Part shown: positions 25,301-32,000 of the stretch, piece after piece
How the letters are laid out: each line of letters begins with the position of its first letter
How positions within the stretch are numbered: position 1 is the stretch's first letter
Source: Candidatus Iainarchaeum sp.
GTDB taxonomy: Archaea > Iainarchaeota > Iainarchaeia > Iainarchaeales > CSSED10-239
Reading direction: 5' to 3'
Assembly (NCBI GenBank): GCA_937968065.1
Contig: CALBUD010000051.1
Span: 1 to 32,000, forward strand
Length of the DNA stretch: 32,000 nt
Position numbers and translations under genes: made by a program
Notes under the pieces: model-generated
Databases searched by the model: none
What the model was told of the DNA's origin: nothing
The model's input: only the letters and a program-made list of their open reading frames with translations

Positions 25301-26591
25301 TAGTATAAACACCATTTTGATTGTATTGTAATTCAATTTCTTTTTTTGTTTGAGGATCTTGTAAAATTAAAGTTTTTGTATAATTAAATCCTTTTTCTCC
25401 TCTTTCAGGAACTCCAAATATATTTCAACCTTCAAAACCAGTTACTTTACCTTGAATTGGTCTAAACCTTTCTCCTTCAAATTGAAATTTGAATTTAGAT
25501 GGATCATAACCTTCAACTCCTTCTTGAAATAATGTAGGAATACCTTCTATATGACTAAAATAAGTACCATAACCAGGTGCATCAGGATCAATATATGTAG
25601 ATTCAAATAATCCTGTTTTACCAATTACTATTTGTCTACCTGATTCATCTTCTAAAACTAATCCTTTTTTAGATATATCTTCTTGTAATCAAGGAGAATC
25701 AATGTTTTTTAATCTATTATCTGCAGAAATTTTAGTAAACCCTTTTTCAACAGCACCAGCAATTACTGAATCAGCATATCCTTGCTGTCTAAGATTCTTA
25801 ATAAATCCTTCAAGTTCATTTTGTTTAGCTTGTTGACTTTCTTGTTTTATCTGTTCTTCAGATTTAGGAAGTAATAATCCTCTAGGATTTCATCCTAATT
25901 TCTGACTTTCAGAAACAAAAGTATCTCAATCATTATTTTCTATTGCACTTAAAATAATTTCTTTATTTTCAACAGGTAAATATTCTCATCCTTCTTTTGG
26001 AGTAGTACCATATTCAGAAACATATTTTCTAGCAATATTCATTACTCTTTTCTTTTTAGCTGACTCATCTTCACCAAAAGTTGCTAAATCTTGTGCTCAT
26101 AAATTCTCTGCTCCTTCTTGTCCACCATATATTGATTTTTGTATATATAATCCAAGATCTCCAATTTTCTTTTTACCTAAATATCCTGCAGCTTTCTTTT
26201 GAGAATCACTACCTTGAGTAGATTTTTTATTTTGTAAATATTCATTAGTTCAATTAGCTATTAATGTATTGACGTTAGATTTAGGTGTAACTTGTCCAAA
26301 TATATTTGTTTTTATTCCTTCTTCACTCCCTGTTCAATCAATACCTTGTAATTCAATTGGAAGTTTACTTGCATCTATTTTATATTTTTGTGTAATTGGA
26401 TCATATTGATATGCTTGTTCAAGTGATCCAGATTTAATTAGTTTTCCTCAATTGGAAGCAGCTTCTCTTGCTGGTTGTTCTGCTTTTGCTGTAAGAATAC
26501 CTTCTCCAAATTTCTTACTTATGAAGTCTTCATAATCTTCATATAAATTTGGCGAAGTACCTCCAGATTGATATTTTTTAACAACTGACAT
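22332..26591 (-). CDS. Large virion/ejection-type protein (1419 aa) with a Gly/Ala-rich hydrophobic segment and a Gln/Ala-rich coiled-coil-like C-terminal part
   Basis: I hand-checked frame 0 from ATG 26589-26591 (upstream TAA 26619-26621) to TAA 22332-22334. There are 12 in-frame TGA codons: 22647, 23472, 24678, 25425, 25689, 25890, 25926, 25986, 26097, 26250, 26334 and 26448. This joins ORF-track pieces 22332.., 22647.. and 23472.. with an otherwise uncalled 2 kb. The N-terminus is MSVVKKYQSGGTS. Confidence 0.75.
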
Positions 26592-26620
26592 ATTATATGC
26601 TGTATTAATTGTTTTTAATT

Positions 26621-26655
26621 AAAAAAATAAGGGAAGACAGATTCTGTCTGCTCCC
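26621..26655 (-). terminator. Putative intrinsic terminator or attenuator after the 88-aa gene
   Basis: The minus strand reads GGGA-GC-AGACAG-AAT-CTGTCT-TCCC, followed by TTATTTTTTT. That is a 6-bp plus 4-bp stem with a 2-nt bulge and a 3-nt loop. It starts about 10 nt after TAA 26666-26668 and sits in the only sizeable non-coding gap (26592..26665). Confidence 0.5.
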
Positions 26656-26665
26656 CTTATTCAAA

Positions 26666-26932
26666 TTACTTCCTGCTTACTTTTACAAGTTTTCCGCCTT
26701 TTCTGGCATATACAGGTGCTTCTTGAGGAGCTGCTTCCATTCCTGCGCCACCACCTTCTAACATAGCCATAATAGCTTGAGCAAGCATTGCAGCGGCTTC
26801 TGGGCCTAACTGTTGTACGATCTGTTGTGCCATCTGCATTAATTGTTCTTCTGGTCCTGGACCACCAGCACCTGCGCCCGGTGCTGCTTCTGGAGCCATT
26901 GCTCCACCTTCTTGAAATCTTTTTACTTTCAT
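26666..26932 (-). CDS. Small Ala/Gly/Pro/Met/Gln-rich protein (88 aa) with a basic C-terminus; likely an abundant virion or internal protein
   Basis: The ORF runs from ATG 26930-26932 to TAA 26666-26668. It forms a GC island: 93/180 GC over 26701..26880 by hand count. The sequence is MKVKRFQEGGAMAPEAAPGAGAGGPGPEE...VYARKGGKLVKVSRK. It is followed by a hairpin and T-run. Confidence 0.7.
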   Translation of the reverse strand: MKVKRFQEGGAMAPEAAPGAGAGGPGPEEQLMQMAQQIVQQLGPEAAAMLAQAIMAMLEGGGAGMEAAPQEAPVYARKGGKLVKVSRK

Positions 26933-26940
26933 TTTTAAAA

Positions 26941-27516
26941 CTAGTTTTTTGATACATATTCAGGCTCTGAATCATTTTGAGCCTTTAAAAATTTAAACAC
27001 TCTCTTCCCTAATGCTTTATAGTCACTGTCTTTTTGAGTTACAGCAGCTTTCTTAGCAAACTTAATTAAAGTCTTAGTATTAGGTCTTGAAAAAATTCTT
27101 TCTCCGCCTTCCAATTCCATTTGCGGAGTTCCATCGTCATTTAACACTAACATTTTATCTTGTTTTACTTTTGTATTTGGAGAAAATTCTAATTCATCAC
27201 CTGGTTTTACTCCTGAATTAACATTTAATTCTAAAACAAAAGCTACGTCTTGTTCTGTAAACATTTCTTCTGAATTAGGTTCTCCTTGATAAACTGCTTT
27301 AATATTGAGATCAGTATCTATAAAAATAATATCTAAAGGAATTAAAGTATCTTTCATTCACATAGAAACTTCTTCTGTATCTGTAAAAGAAAATAACATA
27401 CCTTCATCTTGTGGTAAATTTTCTACTCCTTGAAGTCCCTTTTCTCTTTGTTCATCAGTTTCAGCAATACTTACTTTATATGTATTATCACCGATTCTTA
27501 TTTTTATTTTATCCAT
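26941..27516 (-). CDS. DUF192 (COG1430)-family protein with a C-terminal extension of about 75 aa (191 aa)
   Basis: The ORF runs from ATG 27514-27516 to TAG 26941-26943. The translation is MDKIKIRIGDNTYKVSIAETDEQREKGLQGVENLPQDEGMLFSFTDTEEVSM-W-MKDTLIPLDIIFID...VLELN..GVKPGDELEF. This follows the DUF192 pattern (GL.g...l..d.GMLF.f......fWMkNT.iPLDiiFid). The conserved Trp is encoded by TGA 27358-27360. Confidence 0.8.
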
Positions 27517-27656
27517 TTTTTATAATCTATGAAAGAAAGTTTACCTTGATTTTTAAGTACATTTTTTAAATGAATTGCTTCATTTCAATCATTTGTTTCT
27601 AAATGAGTTATATATTTTTTCTTCTCTATATTATAAGTAATAACTCAATATATCAT
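27504..27656 (-). CDS. Small hypothetical protein (50 aa)
   Basis: ATG 27654-27656 overlaps the upstream TAA (TAATG). The stop is TAA 27504-27506, giving a 13-nt overlap with the DUF192 start. There are two in-frame TGA codons (27645, 27585). The sequence is MIYWVITYNIEKKKYITHLETNDWNEAIHLKNVLKNQGKLSFIDYKKWIK. Confidence 0.4.
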
Positions 27657-27922
27657 TATTTAATAATATTTAAAATTAAATCATTCATAGAAAATAATTT
27701 TCCTCCATCTTTATGTTTTCACTTCCTTGCATTATCTGCAAAAGTAGCTCTTTTTCTTATTGCTGGATTAGGACTATTTTTTCCTTTAGAAATACATTCT
27801 TGTGTAACTTTTCCACCACAATATTCTGTAAATTTTCCTCTATTTTCTGGTTTAATATATATCTTTGATTTCCCACCTTTTTTATAAGATGATATTAATT
27901 CGGGTATAAAATTTAAATTCAT
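27656..27922 (-). CDS. Small basic protein (88 aa)
   Basis: ATG 27920-27922 lies 1 nt after the upstream TAA. ORF-track piece 27719..27922 ends at TGA, and the frame continues to TAA 27656-27658. The sequence is MNLNFIPELISSYKKGGKSKIYIKPENRGKFTEYCGGKVTQECISKGKNSPNPAIRKRATFADNARK-W-KHKDGGKLFSMNDLILNIIK. Confidence 0.65.
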
Positions 27923-27923
27923 A

Positions 27924-29171
27924 TTATTCTACTTGTTCTAATAACCCTGTGTTATCTTGCGTATTTTCTAATATTTCGTATACAAGTATTTTACCTGCTT
28001 CAATAGCTGCATCTTCGTCTCCTCTTTCAAATTTTTTAAGTAACTGTTCTATTTGATTAGTTAATTTTTTATGAAAGATAATTTCATTTACTTCTATTTC
28101 AGCATGTTGTTTTACTTCTCCACCTTCTTCAAATGTTACAACGGGAATCCCTTTATTAGTAACATGTTTTGCTATTTCTTCTGGTAAATTATGTTTTCTT
28201 GCATGTAATACTCCACTTGGTATAACATTTACAGGTTCTTTTGAAATAACTTCAACTACTCCACCTTTTTGTAATTTTAATAGATTGTGATTAGCTTTAG
28301 CTTTTATATTCTTTAAATCTAATAATTTAACACCAGATTTTGCAGCAAGAATATTAGTTGTTTGTCCACCTAAAAGTTGTTGTCTATTTTTATTAAGTAT
28401 ATCTTGAGTAGATGTCATAGAACCTAAAATATTTTGTTTGTTTCTATATCCTACGTCTGATGCTCTTGCTAATATACTTTGATAATTTTTAACATTTTGG
28501 TTTATTCCTTCTGGTCGTCTTGATTTTTTATTAAATAATCTACCTAATCCAGATATTTTTTTACCAGCTAAATCAGCTACATAATCTCCAGTGTATCCTG
28601 AACCAACATTAGTTGCTTGAGTTATATCCTGTTTATCTGCTGTTTTTCCTGTTAATTGGTTTATAGCATGTGCTGCGGTTAAACCTCATCCTATTGGATT
28701 AGATGCACCTAATAATAAAGGTGCTGCTATACTTGCATATTTTAATGCTTTATCTCCAGTATTTTTAATATCTGCTTCTCTTCCAACACCAGTAAAACTT
28801 AATGCTGTAGAAGCTAATCCTGTTATTCCTCCAATTCCACCAAGTGCTTTTAATGCTCCTGCTCCTGCAGCACCTAATTTACTTGCTTGTGCTCCAATTA
28901 CTGTCGAACCTCTATTAGTTACTGCTCCAAATGCATCTGGAACTGCTTTACTAAACACTGAAGGTGAAGCACTTTTAAAAGTATTAAATGCTTTTACACC
29001 CTCTTTTACTCCTTTAGCAGCCTGATAAAGTTGGGGAGCTGTAGCAACAGCCATCCCCAACCAATCAGTTTTTTTGTTACCAGATGAAATAACAGGAGAG
29101 GAATATAAATAAGGAGATTGAAACATACTTTGATTAAACCAGTCAATTGACTGTAATGTATTTTCATCCAT
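27924..29171 (-). CDS. Hypothetical virion/ejection-type protein (415 aa) with a Gly/Ala-rich hydrophobic segment
   Basis: The ORF runs from ATG 29169-29171 (3 nt after the upstream TAA) to TAA 27924-27926. One in-frame TGA (28686) joins ORF-track pieces 27924..28418 and 28686..29171. I hand-checked the 28419..28685 gap and found it free of TAA/TAG. Confidence 0.75.
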
Positions 29172-29174
29172 AGT

Positions 29175-32000
29175 TTATGCGTAACTTATTGTAAATAATG
29201 TTCTAATTGCGTTTATAATAGCGTATTTTTGACCATTATATTTTACTCTTATTTTAATATACTTGTCTCTCAATTTCATTTCGGAATTATTAGTATATAC
29301 TAAATTTGACCCCGATAAATATCCATATTTGAATGTTATAGGTTGAATTTGAATATCCCATGAATCCTCTACATATTGCATGTTTCCTCTTAATCTTCCA
29401 ACTTGTTTAATATCCAATCCTTTTTGATATATAGTTACTAATTTTTCTTTAGTTTTGTTATGTTCTCTAATTGTTAAATCTCTTACAACATTTGGAACAT
29501 CTGGTCAATTCGGATTAAATACATTAATATCTCTACACCAAATAAAAGGTAATTTGTTTACAGATGGATTTTGTAACAAGTAATTTCTATAATTATTTGA
29601 TAATTGAGCTTTTATTGTTTGAGCATTTCCTATACTTTCAGGAGGACTTAGTGAATAAATAGTATCTTTTAAATAATTTCACTCAAATCCTTCACCTACA
29701 ATTTCATATTCAAGTGAATCTGGTTCAGCTCAATTAGAAATAATTTTCAAATTATCAAATATCTTTTGAATACCTTGTACTTCCGTAACAACAAATTCAT
29801 ATTCAAAAGGATGTTGTTCATCATACCAAAAGGTTGGTTTAATAATTCCAGTTTCTTCTAGTGTTCCAGCGAATCCGTGCTTATATAGTATTGAACCTCT
29901 ATTCGTATGAATTTTTTCATTTGCAAATGTATAAAAAATATTATTAATATTTTCCGAAAATTCAGGAAATCATGTATATTGTGTTACTCATTTATTTTGA
30001 AGTTCATTTCAACATAAATGTCACTTTTTATTTCCATATATAAATACAAATAATACATCATGCTTAAATGCGTTGAAGTGACTCTTTATTACATATTGAC
30101 TTACTGTTTTATCTCTATCTGCAATTCCTAAATTTATATTATCATTTAAAAACTTCTGAATTTTAAGATCTGATATCAATTCAAAAGTATCACCATTAGT
30201 TCTTCATATTTTTTTAGCAACAGTATCTAAACCATATACAAATCTTGGAGTTTTTATAATACTTTCTGATCATAAAGAACCAAAAGTATCAGATAAAACT
30301 TTAGGATTTTTAGGTAATACTGTATCAGTATTTATATAAACATTTTCTCCAGAAGCATTAGTCATCATCGCTCTCTCATTTACAGGAATCATTAATACTC
30401 CATGTTCCATTACAGCAATTAATGAACCAAATCATTCTTCTAATTTTACTAATGATCCATATTCCGAAGAATAATCTTGATAATTCTGAGATTTAAATAC
30501 TCTATTTTCATTAACAAATGATGCCTCTTGTAAAATATCTGAATAATATATTCTTGTACTAAAATTAGTTTTTATAAAAGGAACATCTGGAATTTCAAAA
30601 TAAAATTTATTTCCAAGTGAATAACTTATTCCTGAATTAATAACATTTGATTCAGGTAATTTATTCTCAGGTTTAGCGGATTGTAAAGGATAAAAACTTC
30701 TTTTCATTTTATGCAATGCTTCTTCTGCAGGTCTAGAGAAATCTACATCTCTCATTGCAAGATTAACATTAGAACATATTTTAAAAGTTATTCAGTGTCC
30801 AATAGGTACTGCATTTACATCAGCTCTATTTATTTTAGTTGCACCAAAAGTACCATTAGCTTCAGAAAATTTCTTAAAGTCTTTTGAATCAGGCATTGTA
30901 AGTTTAGCAAGTGATATATCTTTACCATCTACCTCTGCTGTTTTTCAAGTAAATAAATCTAATACTTTTTTATATGATGCTGTTTCTGTTCCTCCTGTAA
31001 TAATTCCATCTGTTGAATCTACAATTACATTACCTCCAGAACCTCCTTGCATTATTTTTGTTGTTTCGACTCTATAATTTTTATACCAAGTATAAGGATC
31101 AACAATTTGATTATTAGTTGGTAATTCAGGATCAGTAAAATTTCACATTACTCTATGAGTATATGTATTTATATAACAGTCACCTCTATAAATTAGTTTA
31201 GTTTTATCATTTGATAAATCATTTCAAGTCATTCTATCACTTACAGGTAAGAATGGAGAAGAATCGTTATATCTAACTCTAAAATAATCTTTTCACCTAT
31301 TTGGGAAATCATAATTTTTTTGAAAAATATTATAATACTTACCAAATTCTAAATTATTATAAGTACTTGCTATATAAGTATTAAATTCACCCCTTATTTT
31401 AGTTACTCCTTCTGATCAGGTTGCTTCACTAATATTTACATCAGTTCTTAAATCTTCTAAATCCCCATTTACTGGATCTACATGTTTTCAAGAAATTTCA
31501 GGAGTGCCTGCTCTTGAACAGAACTTACTATCATTGTTATAAATCAATTCTATTCCTGGTTCAATTAAAGATAAATTAGAAAAGAAAGTACTATCGTCAA
31601 GTTCATCTCTTTTTATAAGATTTCCTAAAGTAAATATCTTTCTATCATTCATGTTATCTGTAAATGATCCAACTAGTGGATTATGATTAAATAACTTAAG
31701 AGTAAATTCAGATGAATTAAAGAAATTATTAAATACATACGGTCTGATAGAAGCTTCTGGACAGATTAAAGCATTATTATTTATATCTTCTACTTTGAAA
31801 AAACTTCTACCTAATTTAGGTTTTGAATTTGAATCTTTAGTTAAAAAAGATTCAGTAAAATATTCAGATGAAGTAGTTATTCCTTCTGTATAAGTTCCTT
31901 TAATTAAGGGAGTAAATGCTTTTTGTGAAGTAGCGATTGCTAAACCTTGAGTTAATAATGTAGGTATTCTTTTTTGTCTTACTATAAAAAATCCTTTCGT
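29175..32000 (-). CDS. Large Trp-rich structural protein, 5'-partial (at least 941 aa in the window); possibly a tail or tail-associated component
   Basis: I hand-checked frame 0 as open from the window edge (32000) to TAA 29175-29177. There are 17 in-frame TGA codons: 29505, 29679, 29730, 29970, 29988, 30009, 30021, 30204, 30270, 30432, 30792, 30945, 31143, 31224, 31293, 31416 and 31488. Only 4 Trp codons are TGG. Its position upstream of the cargo/RNAP block suggests a structural role. I recognised no specific family. Confidence 0.7.

Larger units (their letters stand above)
424..32000 (-). mobile_element. Phage-derived late/virion-cargo gene block (crAss-like architecture) translated with TGA=Trp; continues beyond the right window edge
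   Basis: Coding is continuous on the minus strand with spacers of 9 nt or less, apart from one terminator-containing gap. The block has giant proteins, a virion-RNAP-like DxDxD protein, Gly/Ala-rich ejection-type proteins and no SD motifs. There are 79 in-frame TGA codons, while the only true stops are TAA or TAG. Confidence 0.65.

Noticed and set aside
26661-26975. Minus-strand 104-aa ORF (Arg/Trp/Ser/Cys-rich) overlapping the 88-aa gene
   Set aside because: It is an alternate frame kept open only because the local GC island lacks A/T-rich stop triplets. Its composition (RRWWRR, CNACSSYYGYVRRWWRRNGSSSS) is not protein-like, and it spans the upstream TAG and gene boundary.
27358-27360. TGA=Gly (code 25, Gracilibacteria/SR1-type) instead of TGA=Trp
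   Set aside because: In the DUF192 gene the TGA falls on the conserved aromatic Trp of the fWMkNT motif. Other contexts (e.g. DWIW, NWPD, YTWF, WNEL) are also aromatic-like. This rests on few alignable positions and should be confirmed computationally.
430-32000. Interpretation of the fragmented ORFs as pseudogenes or a decaying prophage under the standard code
   Set aside because: Decay would introduce TAA and TAG stops and frameshifts. Here only TGA interrupts, never with a frame change, across more than 30 kb of 75-80% AT sequence.

Overview
The window holds 423 nt of a plus-strand bacterial acyl-CoA synthetase gene fragment. It is followed by about 31.6 kb of wall-to-wall minus-strand coding sequence at roughly 20-25% GC. 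That block only makes sense if TGA is read as Trp (genetic code 4).

The supplied standard-code ORF track breaks this block into about 30 pieces. Every piece boundary I checked by hand is TGA, and the reading frame is kept across each boundary. I count 79 in-frame TGA codons. Real gene ends are TAA (9 times) or TAG (once).

Re-reading with TGA=Trp gives 11 minus-strand genes:
- Two adjacent giants. One is 3019 aa (2604..11663) with a two-barrel RNA-polymerase-type R-x-P...DFDID motif. The other is 2936 aa (11673..20483) with an embedded Pif1/RecD-like SF1B helicase core and Gly/Ala-rich hydrophobic segments.
- Large proteins of 1419, 615, 415 and at least 941 aa.
- A DUF192 protein.
- Three small proteins, one of them a GC-rich Ala/Gly/Pro island followed by a terminator hairpin.
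- A terminal protein of about 724 aa that runs into the synthetase fragment.

Genes are tightly coupled (TAATG overlaps) and lack Shine-Dalgarno motifs. Five of the ten visible N-termini carry a basic-hydrophobic-x-G-G motif resembling LxGG.

My interpretation is inference only: this is the late, virion-cargo and transcription module of a stop-codon-recoded podophage with crAss-like architecture, joined to or integrated next to a truncated host gene. I saw no tRNA, rRNA, CRISPR array or transposase.

All translations were done by hand, with no database search. Coordinates of sub-motifs may be off by a few nt.
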